A stretch of 64,000 nt of DNA from Deltaproteobacteria bacterium (GCA_016177845.1 JACOUO010000011.1:512326-576325), one strand, 5' to 3'; positions 29,039 to 38,877 are shown, numbered from the stretch's first letter. The notes: generated by a model from the letters alone, not told the origin. Numbers and translations are program-made.

Positions 29039-30751
29039 TCAACCGCATGTTACCCTGTTTACCTCTTTGAGCGTCGTTTTTCCGTTTAAGGCATTATCAA
29101 TGGCCTTAAGCCTTAAAGAGTTCATGCTGCTTTCAGTCACTTTCCTTTTAAGATTCGATATATTATTGGCGGCTATAGCCTCCCTTATCTCTTCGTCCAG
29201 TTCAAGAAGCTCGATTATCGCCTTTCTCCCGCGGTAGCCTGTATTGCTGCACTTCCTGCAGCCCTTTCCCTCATAGAAGGTCTTACCTGAATACTCCTTT
29301 TTATCGAGCCCCGCTTCAATAAGCTCTGCCTCGGTTATCTTAAGAGGAGCCTTGCATTCATCACAGATAATCCTTATGAGCCTCTGTGAAAGTATGCAGT
29401 TAAGCGATGAGGCAAAATTATACGGGTCAACCCCCATATGTATGAACCTTCCGATGGCATCAAAGATATTATTGGCCCGTGCTGTCGTAAAGAGGGCATG
29501 GCCGCTTATGGCGGTATTTACTGCAAGCTGGGCTGTTTCAGGGTCGCGTATCTCCCCTACCATTATCTTATCAGGGTCATGCCTTAAAATGGAATTAAGC
29601 CCGCTTGCAAATGTAATCCCCTTCTTGTCATCCACATGTACCTGAACCGCGCCTTTAAGCTCATACTCCACAGGGTCTTCGATTGTAAGTATCTTATGCT
29701 CGCCGCTGTTTATCTCGGAAAGCGCTGCGTAAAGGGTTGTAGTCTTTCCGCTTCCGGCGGGCCCTGTCACCAAAGTCATTCCATACGGCTCCCAGACCTG
29801 CCTTCTGAATACAGCCAGTTCATCATCATTAAAGCCCAAAAGGTCCAGCCTGAACTCATTGGAATCCCCCGTAATATGACCTTTATCAAGTATCCTTACT
29901 ACGGCATCCTCTCCGTTTAACGCAGGGATGATAGATACCCTGAAGTCAATATTTTTATCCCTGAGCCTTAGTTTAAACCTTCCGTTCTGAGGTATTTTCT
30001 TCTCAGCTATGTCAAGCTCGCCTATCACCTTAAGTCTTGAGATTATCACCTGCTGAAATCTCTTCTCAACAGGCTCAACCATCCTGTGCAGCACTCCGTC
30101 TATCCTGTATTTGACTATAAGCCCGTCACGCGCTGATTCGAGGTGAATGTCGCTCGCCCTCTTTGAGACAGCATCATAGATTATCTTGTCAATGAGCCTT
30201 GCCGCAGGGCTTGAGCCTTCGGTTATCTTCTCAAGGGCGACTTCCTCCTGCTCTTCAGCCTCCCTCAAGACCTCCAGCCGCAGGTTCTCCGCAGTCTCTT
30301 CCATTCTTTCAAATCTGCTGCTTTGCACAAGCAGCCTTTCAATGGCGCTTTCAGGGGCGACTATAACTGTGCCTGGTGTCTGCCCCTTCTCCTCTATTAT
30401 CCTGCCGATGCTGTCGAGAGCCATTATGTTGGTGGGGTCTGAGGTTGCTATATAAGATACACCCTTCCTCTTTACGGGAACTACCCTTGATTTATGGAGC
30501 AGTTCAACCGGAATAAGCCTTAGCACCGCTTGATCGACCTCGGTTTCATCAGGCTTCATCACTTCCAGCCCGTATTGCTCGGCTATCCCTATGGCGAATT
30601 GGTTCTCATCTATAAAGCCGAGCCGCATGCAGGATTCTCCGAACCTGACTGAACTCTGCCTCGAATACTTCAGGGCCTCATATATCTGCTCAGGCTTGAT
30701 AAAATTTTTCTCAAGGAGAATATCGCCTAATTTATTCAGACCAAATATCAT
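29039..30751 (-). CDS. GspE/PilB-family secretion ATPase
   Basis: ASDIHLE, GPAGSGKTTT, TIEDPVEY, LRHDPDKIMVGEIRD, CDEC/CRKC Zn site, MshEN-like N-terminus. Confidence 0.92.
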   Translation of the reverse strand: MIFGLNKLGDILLEKNFIKPEQIYEALKYSRQSSVRFGESCMRLGFIDENQFAIGIAEQYGLEVMKPDETEVDQAVLRLIPVELLHKSRVVPVKRKGVSYIATSDPTNIMALDSIGRIIEEKGQTPGTVIVAPESAIERLLVQSSRFERMEETAENLRLEVLREAEEQEEVALEKITEGSSPAARLIDKIIYDAVSKRASDIHLESARDGLIVKYRIDGVLHRMVEPVEKRFQQVIISRLKVIGELDIAEKKIPQNGRFKLRLRDKNIDFRVSIIPALNGEDAVVRILDKGHITGDSNEFRLDLLGFNDDELAVFRRQVWEPYGMTLVTGPAGSGKTTTLYAALSEINSGEHKILTIEDPVEYELKGAVQVHVDDKKGITFASGLNSILRHDPDKIMVGEIRDPETAQLAVNTAISGHALFTTARANNIFDAIGRFIHMGVDPYNFASSLNCILSQRLIRIICDECKAPLKITEAELIEAGLDKKEYSGKTFYEGKGCRKCSNTGYRGRKAIIELLELDEEIREAIAANNISNLKRKVTESSMNSLRLKAIDNALNGKTTLKEVNRVTCG

Positions 30752-30875
30752 GTCATTACCTTCCGAATGTCATTATATATCTTTTCGGCATAATTCAATA
30801 TTCTATTAGAATTAATTACTTTTTGCAATGTGGTTGATAATATTGAGTTTTTTAGGATTAAATTGATAGGGGAAT

Positions 30876-30908
30876 AAAAAAGCCAACCGGGAAACCCTGA
30901 TTGGCTTT
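30876..30908 (-). terminator. Terminator after tRNA-Gly
   Basis: AGCCAA...TTGGCT stem followed by T-tract on minus strand. Confidence 0.7.
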
Positions 30909-30917
30909 GATTTTTTA

Positions 30918-30991
30918 TGGAGCGGGCGATGGGAATCGAACCCACGTCTAAAGCTTGGGAAGCTTTCATTCTACCATTGAACTACGCCCGC
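30918..30991 (-). tRNA. tRNA-Gly (CCC)
   Basis: GCGGGCGTAGTTCAATGGTAGAATGAAAGCTTCCCAAGCTTTAGACGTGGGTTCGATTCCCATCGCCCGCTCCA: 74-nt cloverleaf, anticodon CCC, encoded CCA. Confidence 0.97.
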
Positions 30992-31082
30992 AAGTTAGAT
31001 AATAAAATACCTAAAAAAAAATATTAGTCAAGTCCAAATGTAACCCTAAACACAATAGCAAAGGGAAGTTAATTCATTTTTG

Positions 31083-32768
31083 CTAGAGTATTAATTCTTC
31101 AATTTCAATAGGTGTAAACTCTTTATCTTTTGGAAGTTTTCCAAGAATTTGATTAACAAATTTAAATATTGGCATCGATTTACTTCTTTCCATATTCTTT
31201 GCAAACTCAAATGCTGATAAAGGTTTTCCTTTACTTTGGTCGTATATATAATTATGAGCTTGTTCAAAATTCCTTATGTGTACATATCTATGCGACAGCC
31301 CCGAACTGAAATTGTTCGCCAATACAACTCTATCCCATATTGATTGATTTAATTCCCAAGCACTATTCTTTCGAGGCGAACCATCTTTATTAAAAATAGT
31401 TTTTCCAGTAGAATCTTCTAAATAACGATCATCGCCATCATGGATTATATGTTGGCGAATTCGAAAGTGAGTAAGAATTTCCTGAAAAAATGGAATATTA
31501 TTTTTCGACCCTGTATTAAGAACAAATATGTCGGCAGTTGGTTCAATTTCCTCTAATAGCTCACGGACTACAATCGCCTCTGTATCGCCTTCTACCAAAA
31601 TAACATCATCAGAGAAAAATATTTCACACAGATGAGGATTAAACCTATTATTCATTTGAACCATTTTCTTACGCTCATCATTTATACCAAAAAGATTATC
31701 TCCGGCTTGGTAAACTGATATCCTGCGCGCCTCTCTTTGCAATCTAGCTAATGATGTATGGGGTTTGGAAAGATCTATAAGAGCAGGACTATGGGAAGCA
31801 CAAAGCACTTGAAATGGAGATTTATAACAAAGATTATATAAAGAGTTTTTAAGAAGAGAAATTGTTTTTGGATGTAAATAAATTTCAGGTTCTTCAAATA
31901 AAATAATAAAATCTTTACGAGCATCCTCAATGGTTTCTTTTACTAAGCCAAGAAAATTGAACATAGCCTGCCTTATTACTCCGCTACCTTGAGACAGTAT
32001 ATCTTGCTCAATCTCATTAAAATGTCCGTCTTTAATTGTTACTGCATATTCTTTTTCAAGTGACTTTAACAAATCAAATTTATCTTCATCAACGGGTTTG
32101 ATTGACATTTCTAATTCTGGAAATATTTTTTTAAAATTTTCATTTGCTTGATCTTCTATTTTTTTCAGCTTATCTGAAGAAACCAAATTTTCTTTAAGTT
32201 CTTTATATCTTTGCTGAAAATTTTTGCAAAAATTTTCTTCTTCATCCGAAAGTTTTTTAAGAACTGTTTTCTTTATTGTCTCACTAACAAATTTTGATAG
32301 ATCCTCTAGATTGGGCATTGCTGGAATTACAATAGGAGTTGGTGCGTGTTTTTTAAAATGTGACTCAAATCCTCCAAATCCATCTTCCAAAAAACGATTT
32401 ATAGTTGGATCATATGTACTTTTTTGACCTTCCGAATCAGTATCAACCCAAACTTTATTAAATTTAATTAAACCAGTACTATTTACCCATTTATTTAAAC
32501 CTTTTTCTTCGAATTCTTTTTCATCTCCGGTTTCTTTTTGAAAAATTGCCTCAATTTCAATAGGATTTTTCTTTGAGTATCCATGAAAATCATTTAAAGT
32601 TGCTTTCTGTTTTGGTTTAACTAGGTATTCATATGCTGTAAGTACTGTAGATTTACAAGCATTATTTTTACCAATAAGAAAAATGATATCTGAATTTAAA
32701 AATGAAATGGATACAGAAGTTGCGCCAATTCCTCGAAAATTCTTTACAGCAATTTCAACAAGCCTCAT
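31083..32768 (-). CDS. OLD-family ATP-dependent nuclease (ABC ATPase plus TOPRIM)
   Basis: VKNFRGI, Walker A GKNNACKST, QGSG signature, FEEPEIYLHP, SHSP, TOPRIM LVEGDTE and HDGD; strongly AT-rich. Confidence 0.9.
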   Translation of the reverse strand: MRLVEIAVKNFRGIGATSVSISFLNSDIIFLIGKNNACKSTVLTAYEYLVKPKQKATLNDFHGYSKKNPIEIEAIFQKETGDEKEFEEKGLNKWVNSTGLIKFNKVWVDTDSEGQKSTYDPTINRFLEDGFGGFESHFKKHAPTPIVIPAMPNLEDLSKFVSETIKKTVLKKLSDEEENFCKNFQQRYKELKENLVSSDKLKKIEDQANENFKKIFPELEMSIKPVDEDKFDLLKSLEKEYAVTIKDGHFNEIEQDILSQGSGVIRQAMFNFLGLVKETIEDARKDFIILFEEPEIYLHPKTISLLKNSLYNLCYKSPFQVLCASHSPALIDLSKPHTSLARLQREARRISVYQAGDNLFGINDERKKMVQMNNRFNPHLCEIFFSDDVILVEGDTEAIVVRELLEEIEPTADIFVLNTGSKNNIPFFQEILTHFRIRQHIIHDGDDRYLEDSTGKTIFNKDGSPRKNSAWELNQSIWDRVVLANNFSSGLSHRYVHIRNFEQAHNYIYDQSKGKPLSAFEFAKNMERSKSMPIFKFVNQILGKLPKDKEFTPIEIEELIL

Positions 32769-32973
32769 AAGATTTGCCCTTCTCTAATTTAATTATAAGT
32801 AAAAAATGAATGAAAATATTAATAACATCTTGAAGACAAAAAACAAAGTTAAAATTTATGAGCGACTAAGAATTTTCATAATTCCTTTATCCCCCTGCCT
32901 TGCGCGGTTATATGCCCTCTGATATACTTTTTGGGGTATTCATATCAAAAAAATACAATCACAGGAGGGGTTT

Positions 32974-34464
32974 ATGGCGGTCATTAAGAACCTGATAAAC
33001 GGCAAATGGGTGGAGTCCGCATCAGGCAAGACCCTTAATAGCATCAACCCCGCGAATATAGATGAGGTTGTCGGAGTAGTGCCTGCCTCTTCCCGGCCTG
33101 ATGTGGATAAGGCGGTCGAGGCCGCACGGAACGCCTTTGAGAAATGGCGGCTAACCCCAGCCCCCAAAAGAGGCGAAATCCTCTTCAGGGCGGCTGAACT
33201 CATATCAAAGAACAAGGAAGAGCTTGGAAGGCTCGTTACAAGAGAGATGGGCAAGGTACTGCCCGAAGGGCTTGGCGATGTGCAGGAAGCAATCGACATG
33301 GCCTACTACATGGCAGGCGAAGGCAGGAGGCTTTCAGGTGAGACCGTACCTTCCGAACTGCCCTTTAAAGACTGCAAATCTGTCCGTGTTCCTATCGGCG
33401 TATTCGCCCTTATCACCCCCTGGAACTTCCCCACGGCAATTCCCGCGTGGAAGCTCTTTCCAGCCCTCATCAGCGGCAATACCGTAGTTTTCAAGCCTTC
33501 AAGCTATACCCCTGTAGCAGCAACAAGGCTTGTAGAACTGATAGTAGAGGCAGGCATCCCCGAAGGCGTATTGAACCTTATCCACGGGGCAGGAGAAGAG
33601 ATAGGAGAGTACCTTGCCACCCATCCGGGAATAGACGGGGTATCTTTCACAGGCTCAACAGCCGTGGGAGAAAAACTGGCCAAACTCTGCGGAGGGCTTG
33701 ATAAAGAGATATCATGCGAGATGGGCGGCAAAAACCCGATAATCGTCATGGAAGACGCAAAGCTTGACCTTGCCGTTGAGGGCGCAATCTGGGGAGGGTT
33801 TGGCACTACAGGGCAGAGGTGCACAGCCGCAAGCAGGCTCATAGTGCATGAAAAAATACATGATAAATTCCTTGAGATGTTCATCTCAGCCGCAAAGGGC
33901 TTAAAGCTTGGTGACGGGCTTAAGAGCGATACAAAGGTCGGCCCTGTGATAAATGAATCACAGATGAAGAAAGTCCTTGGCTATATCGAAATAGGCAAAA
34001 AAGAAGGCGCAAAGCTCACCCTCGGAGGAAGCGCCCGAACAGAAGGCGGATTAAAGAAAGGCTACTTTATCGAGCCTACCATCTTTACCGAGGTAAAGCC
34101 AAAGATGAGGGTAGCGCAGGAAGAGATATTCGGCCCGGTTGTCTCCATCATAAAGGCAAGAGACATATCAGATGCGATAAATATTGCCAATGGTATCCCG
34201 TACGGGCTCTCATCATCCATATATGCCCAGGATGTGAACTATACCGCTATCGCCGAAAGGGACCTTGACGCAGGCATCGTCTACATCAACGCCCCGACCA
34301 TAGGCGCAGAGATACAGCTCCCCTTCGGAGGGACGAAAAAGAGCGGGCTTGGGCGGAAAGAGGCAGGAGGAAGGGGCGGAGCCCTTGATATGTTCACAAA
34401 ATGGAAGGTAATCTACAGGGACTACAGCGGAAGGCTTCAAAAAGCGCAGATAGATAAAGAGTGA
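32974..34464 (+). CDS. NAD(P)-dependent aldehyde dehydrogenase
   Basis: ITPWNFP, FTGS, EMGGKN, GQRCTA, EEIFGPV, PFGG. Confidence 0.95.
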   Translation: MAVIKNLINGKWVESASGKTLNSINPANIDEVVGVVPASSRPDVDKAVEAARNAFEKWRLTPAPKRGEILFRAAELISKNKEELGRLVTREMGKVLPEGLGDVQEAIDMAYYMAGEGRRLSGETVPSELPFKDCKSVRVPIGVFALITPWNFPTAIPAWKLFPALISGNTVVFKPSSYTPVAATRLVELIVEAGIPEGVLNLIHGAGEEIGEYLATHPGIDGVSFTGSTAVGEKLAKLCGGLDKEISCEMGGKNPIIVMEDAKLDLAVEGAIWGGFGTTGQRCTAASRLIVHEKIHDKFLEMFISAAKGLKLGDGLKSDTKVGPVINESQMKKVLGYIEIGKKEGAKLTLGGSARTEGGLKKGYFIEPTIFTEVKPKMRVAQEEIFGPVVSIIKARDISDAINIANGIPYGLSSSIYAQDVNYTAIAERDLDAGIVYINAPTIGAEIQLPFGGTKKSGLGRKEAGGRGGALDMFTKWKVIYRDYSGRLQKAQIDKE

Positions 34465-34575
34465 GCCATTATGAAATTCAAGGGGATTTTTCAGAAAACT
34501 TAAAACTTAAGCTGTAACTTTAGGGCTCTTTTTGTTATAATCCGCCTCAATCATATTTTCGCAAAGGAGGGTATT

Positions 34576-35082
34576 ATGGACCCAGTGCATTTTTCAGGGA
34601 AAGAGGTCCTTGAGATGGCCGTAAAGATCGAAGAGAACGGGCTTGTATTTTATACCGAAGCAAGCAAGGAAACACGGTCAATAGAGATAAAAGCTCTCTT
34701 CAAAATGCTTGCCGAAGAAGAAGGCCAGCATATAAAAGTATTTAAAAGACTTAGAGACCTTCTGGATGACGAAGAGTCAGCTACAGAAGCTTTTGACCCT
34801 TACTTAGCCCAGGCTTCAGACTACCTTAAGGCAATGGCGGATACAGAGGTATTCCCTGACCCTAAAAAAGAAGGCAAACGCCTCGCGACAACTGTATACG
34901 ATGAGAACGATGCGCTTGATGTGGCAATCGGCCTGGAAAAGGACTCATTGCTTTTCTATTACGAGCTCCAGAGGATGATAAACCAGAAGGATAAGCAAAT
35001 AGTCGAAGAGCTTATCAATCAGGAAAAGGAACACTTAAAGAAGCTCACCGGGCTGCAGCAGAAGATGTTCGGTTCAAATTAA
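34576..35082 (+). CDS. Ferritin-like/rubrerythrin-family diiron protein
   Basis: AVKIEENGLVFY...EEEGQH and AIGLEKDSLLFY...QEKEH. Confidence 0.9.
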   Translation: MDPVHFSGKEVLEMAVKIEENGLVFYTEASKETRSIEIKALFKMLAEEEGQHIKVFKRLRDLLDDEESATEAFDPYLAQASDYLKAMADTEVFPDPKKEGKRLATTVYDENDALDVAIGLEKDSLLFYYELQRMINQKDKQIVEELINQEKEHLKKLTGLQQKMFGSN

Positions 35083-35108
35083 GAGAGAGATGAAAGGAGT
35101 CTTTTGGT

Positions 35109-35360
35109 ATGACGACACAGTATGTAAAGACTTATTCCTGCCCTACATGTTCAGGACTTGCAAGCGGAAGGGGGCACCTTTGCCACCCGAGCACGGAGAA
35201 CCTTCCATTCACCTGCGAATTCTGCGGTAAATCAGTCAACGACCCGAGGCATGTCTGCCCGACAATGGTGGACAAGCTTGAATATATCTGCAAGAAATGC
35301 GGCAGGCTCTCAATCTATGACACGCAGTTATGCGAGCCAGCTCCCATTGACGAGGAATAA
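35109..35360 (+). CDS. Small Cys/His-rich repeat protein
   Basis: AAGGAG SD; three CxxC-x8-[HQ]xC repeats. Confidence 0.8.
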   Translation: MTTQYVKTYSCPTCSGLASGRGHLCHPSTENLPFTCEFCGKSVNDPRHVCPTMVDKLEYICKKCGRLSIYDTQLCEPAPIDEE

Positions 35361-35429
35361 CGCCTCCCGGTGCTGATGGTTTTCTGGTCGGAGATAAAAA
35401 AAACCTTTGTTGCCGCAACCGGAAACTGA

Positions 35430-36704
35430 ATGAATGACGACATTATAAATAGAGCCCGAAAATATATTGCCCCTGCCCTTGTCTTCCACACTGAAATCGT
35501 TGCTAAAAGTTCAAACGGTATCTATGTGGAAGACATAGGCGGCAAGGTATATATGGACTTTTCCGCTGGGCTTGCCACTGCCAATGCAGGCCATTGCCCG
35601 TCTGAAGTAACCGAGGCGGCCAAGGCACAGATGGATAAGCTCATCCATTCAGGCTGCATTTTTTATTATGAATCTGAAGTAAACCTTGCAGAAAAGCTCG
35701 CCCGCATAACACCGGAAGGCATTGAAATGTTCTTTTTCTCAAACAGCGGGGCCGAAGCAGTCGAAGGGGCGGTAAAGCTTGCGAGATATGCAACAGGTAG
35801 ACAAGGCATCATAGCATTTACAGGCAGCTTCCACGGCAGGACAATGGGCGCATTAAGCCTTACTGCCTCAAGCTCAAAGTACAGGAAAAATTATCATTCG
35901 CTTCTGCCAAGCGTCTATCATGCTCCCTACCCTTACTGCTACAGGTGCCATATGGGGCAGAGCAGGATAGATTGCAAGACAGAATGCTTTGATTATCTTG
36001 AAAGGATACTCAGGTACCAGATATCTCCGCAGGAGGTAGCCTGCATTATTATTGAACCTGTTCTCGGCGAAGGCGGTTATATTGTACCTCCCGCTGATTT
36101 TATGGTAAAACTTAGAGACCTTTGCACAAAAGAAGGCATATTATTGATAGCTGATGAGGTGCAGAGCGGATTCGGCAGGACAGGAAAATGGTTCGCCATA
36201 GAACACTGCGGCATTGCCCCTGATATTATGACAATGGCAAAGGGGATAGCCTCAGGCTTTCCCTTAAGCGCGGTAGGCGCGCGTAAAGATATAATGTCCA
36301 AGTGGGCTCCGGGCGCGCACGGCACTACATTCGGGGGAAACCCTGTCTCATGCGCCGCAGCCTGCGCAACGATTGACAAGATAGAAAAAGAGTCCCTGCT
36401 TGATAACGCGATTAATGTAGGGCTGTACGCAATCAACCGCCTGCGTACTATTGCGGAGAACCACACCGCGATCGGGGATGTGCGCGGCCTTGGCCTGATG
36501 ATAGGGGTTGAGCTCATTAAACCGGACGGCAGTCCCGATAAGGAATTACTGGAACGAGTCATGAAAAGATGTTTAGAAAATGGGCTTATAATAATTGAGT
36601 GCGGGATTGACAAGAACATTGCCCGCATTATGCCTCCGCTGACCACAACCGAGTCTGAGATGAAAAAGGCCCTCGATATTTTTGAGGAGGCGCTTGTTGA
36701 TTAG
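35430..36704 (+). CDS. Class III PLP aminotransferase (GabT/ornithine omega-aminotransferase-like)
   Basis: NSGAEAVE, FHGRT, EPVLGEGG, ADEVQSGFGRTG, MAKG, GTTFGGNP. Confidence 0.93.
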   Translation: MNDDIINRARKYIAPALVFHTEIVAKSSNGIYVEDIGGKVYMDFSAGLATANAGHCPSEVTEAAKAQMDKLIHSGCIFYYESEVNLAEKLARITPEGIEMFFFSNSGAEAVEGAVKLARYATGRQGIIAFTGSFHGRTMGALSLTASSSKYRKNYHSLLPSVYHAPYPYCYRCHMGQSRIDCKTECFDYLERILRYQISPQEVACIIIEPVLGEGGYIVPPADFMVKLRDLCTKEGILLIADEVQSGFGRTGKWFAIEHCGIAPDIMTMAKGIASGFPLSAVGARKDIMSKWAPGAHGTTFGGNPVSCAAACATIDKIEKESLLDNAINVGLYAINRLRTIAENHTAIGDVRGLGLMIGVELIKPDGSPDKELLERVMKRCLENGLIIIECGIDKNIARIMPPLTTTESEMKKALDIFEEALVD

Positions 36705-38877
36705 GTTTCAAAAGGCTTTTGCCGTCCTGATATCCATCGCAGTCCTGATTATCTTTTCCATCCAGCTTGATTATCTCTTCGCAGGAAGGATTCCCCAGTC
36801 AGAGAGCCTGGTCGCTGTCGCGAGGTTTTTCAGCCTCGTTGGCAACGGTCTATTTCTAATTTCTGTATGCGCCATAATTTTCGGGATAGGATACCGGCGC
36901 AGGAATATGGAAATAAAAGAGGCAGGTATAAGAGGAATACTCTCCGTCATTGTCGGAGGGGTTGCCGTACATATTCTCAAGGCAGCCTTTGAACGCCCCC
37001 GCATCGAGCACGGAAGCGATGCCATATTCCACTTCCTTCAGAACCCGTCTTTTTTCGACCTTACAGGAAAGTATAATTCTTTTCCGTCAGGCCACACGAC
37101 AGTAACTTTTGCGGTTGCTTATGTATTATCAAAGAAGTTCCCACGCCTGATGCCCCTCTTTTATCTTATAGCGTTATTGGTAGCGGCTTCCCGTGTCTAT
37201 CTCGGCTCGCATTACCCCACTGACACCCTGATAGGCGCTTTCCTCGGAATCTCGGTAGGGTATCTCCTTATGACAAGGGAGCGGATAGCAGAGAAATGGC
37301 TCATAGCAGGTCTTGCCGTTCTTATCATATCCGTTTCATTTTTCAAGACCGGCGGCTTCCTTCTCTTTGATGTTGATGAAGCGGTCTTTTCAGAGGCGTC
37401 AAGGGAGATGGTAGAGACAGGCGACCTTATAACGCCCACATACAATTACGAACCGAGATATGATAAGCCCATTCTCATATACTGGTTCATGTCCGCGGCG
37501 TTTACCTTCTTCGGCATCACCGAATTCGCCGCAAGGTTTACCTCAGGGCTATTCGGCACGCTCCTCGTGCTGATGACATTTTTCTTCATAAGGCGCAACA
37601 AAGGCAACGGCGCAGCTCTATTCGTCTCGCTCGCGCTCCTGTTAAACCTTGAATACTTCGTCTATACGCACTCCGCAGTGACGGATATGACCCTTGCCTT
37701 TTTCATCACGGCATCCGTTTACTCGTTCTATCTGGCTATACGGGAAAATAAGCGGTTATGGTATATGTCGTTCTGGGCAGCTTCAGCCTTGGCCGTGCTT
37801 ACAAAGGGCGTTATCGGCATACTCTTCCCTGTTGTAATAGGGTTTTTATTCCTGTTCCTTTCCAAAAAGCTCTCAAGGGCAAAGGACTTTTTAAAACCGT
37901 CGTACATCGCTCAGTTCCTTTTGATATCAGTGCCCTGGTTTGCGGCTGAATTCTATGTGAACGGCTGGGAGTTCTTCAACGCATTTATCATAAAGCACCA
38001 CTTCCAGAGATATTCGGAAGTCATCTCAAGCCACAGCGGCCCGTTCTACTACTACATCATCGTCCTATTGATAGGCTTTTTCCCGTGGGTCTCAATGCTC
38101 CCCACAGGCATATACAAAGGCTACAAGGAAAAAAGCTCAAAAGACTCTGACGGCCTGTATCTCCTGACATCCATATGGTTTGTCTTTGTGCTCATATTCT
38201 TCTCAATCGCAAAGACAAAACTGCCTAACTACATATTCCCTCTCTATCCTCCCGCGGCGATAATGGCAGGTCTTGTCATAGCGGAGATAGCCGGCAAGAG
38301 CCCGGAGAGGAAAAAGAACGGAATATACATAATGATGATACTTGCTGGCATCATTGCCAATGCCATCTTCGTATTGCCGTTCATTGAGATGAAGGCTCAG
38401 ATACCGTTTAACCCCATCTTCTTCTTTGAGCTCGGCCTGATATTCTTCATTATCGCTGTGCTTGCGCTTGTAGCCATTTTCAGGCCAATGCCCGCCATGC
38501 TCGGCATCGCGGGCATGTCAGCCGTACTTATTATTTTCCTTAGATTGTACGCGCTCCCCCCTGTAAATATCTTTTTCCAGAAGACGCTCTATACTTATTC
38601 CACCTACGCCCGCAACCTGGGCAAGGACGGGGTCTTGGCGACTTATGAGATAAACAAACCTTCCATTGCGTTCTACTCACAGCGAAAGGTCATAAAAATA
38701 GAGCAGAGGGATGCCTGCAACATAAAAGAGTTCGCCAAAAAACAAAAATTCCTCCTTATCACAAGCCCGTCAAGATACAACGAGGTCAAAGACTACGAAG
38801 GGCTTAAAGTGATAGACTCTACAAAAGAATACATGCTCCTTGGCACCGAAGGCCTGCCTCCATTCCAGGCCCGCTGA
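36697..38877 (+). CDS. PAP2 phosphatase - ArnT-like (GT-C) glycosyltransferase fusion
   Basis: KAAFERPR, SFPSGH and SRVYLGSHYPTD, then DVDEAVF, RYDKPILIYW, LTKG, PFYYY, TKLPNYIFP; TTG 36697 follows GAGGAGG (ORF track 36682). Confidence 0.88.
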   Translation: MIRFQKAFAVLISIAVLIIFSIQLDYLFAGRIPQSESLVAVARFFSLVGNGLFLISVCAIIFGIGYRRRNMEIKEAGIRGILSVIVGGVAVHILKAAFERPRIEHGSDAIFHFLQNPSFFDLTGKYNSFPSGHTTVTFAVAYVLSKKFPRLMPLFYLIALLVAASRVYLGSHYPTDTLIGAFLGISVGYLLMTRERIAEKWLIAGLAVLIISVSFFKTGGFLLFDVDEAVFSEASREMVETGDLITPTYNYEPRYDKPILIYWFMSAAFTFFGITEFAARFTSGLFGTLLVLMTFFFIRRNKGNGAALFVSLALLLNLEYFVYTHSAVTDMTLAFFITASVYSFYLAIRENKRLWYMSFWAASALAVLTKGVIGILFPVVIGFLFLFLSKKLSRAKDFLKPSYIAQFLLISVPWFAAEFYVNGWEFFNAFIIKHHFQRYSEVISSHSGPFYYYIIVLLIGFFPWVSMLPTGIYKGYKEKSSKDSDGLYLLTSIWFVFVLIFFSIAKTKLPNYIFPLYPPAAIMAGLVIAEIAGKSPERKKNGIYIMMILAGIIANAIFVLPFIEMKAQIPFNPIFFFELGLIFFIIAVLALVAIFRPMPAMLGIAGMSAVLIIFLRLYALPPVNIFFQKTLYTYSTYARNLGKDGVLATYEINKPSIAFYSQRKVIKIEQRDACNIKEFAKKQKFLLITSPSRYNEVKDYEGLKVIDSTKEYMLLGTEGLPPFQAR

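Noticed and set aside
28984..29041. TGA readthrough of the PilB-like gene giving CG-U-RAC
   Set aside because: Family normally ends at the EVxRVT motif; extension would run into the convergent gene; no SECIS seen
30918..30945. Possible att site or integrative element at the tRNA-Gly 3' end
   Set aside because: No duplicate of the tRNA 3' end and no integrase seen in the window
30748..30969. 73-aa minus-strand ORF
   Set aside because: Overlaps tRNA-Gly, its terminator and the ATPase promoter
31072..32811. 10-bp inverted repeat ATTCATTTTT/AAAAATGAAT flanking the OLD gene
   Set aside because: Short and low-complexity in AT-rich DNA; no transposase or target duplication
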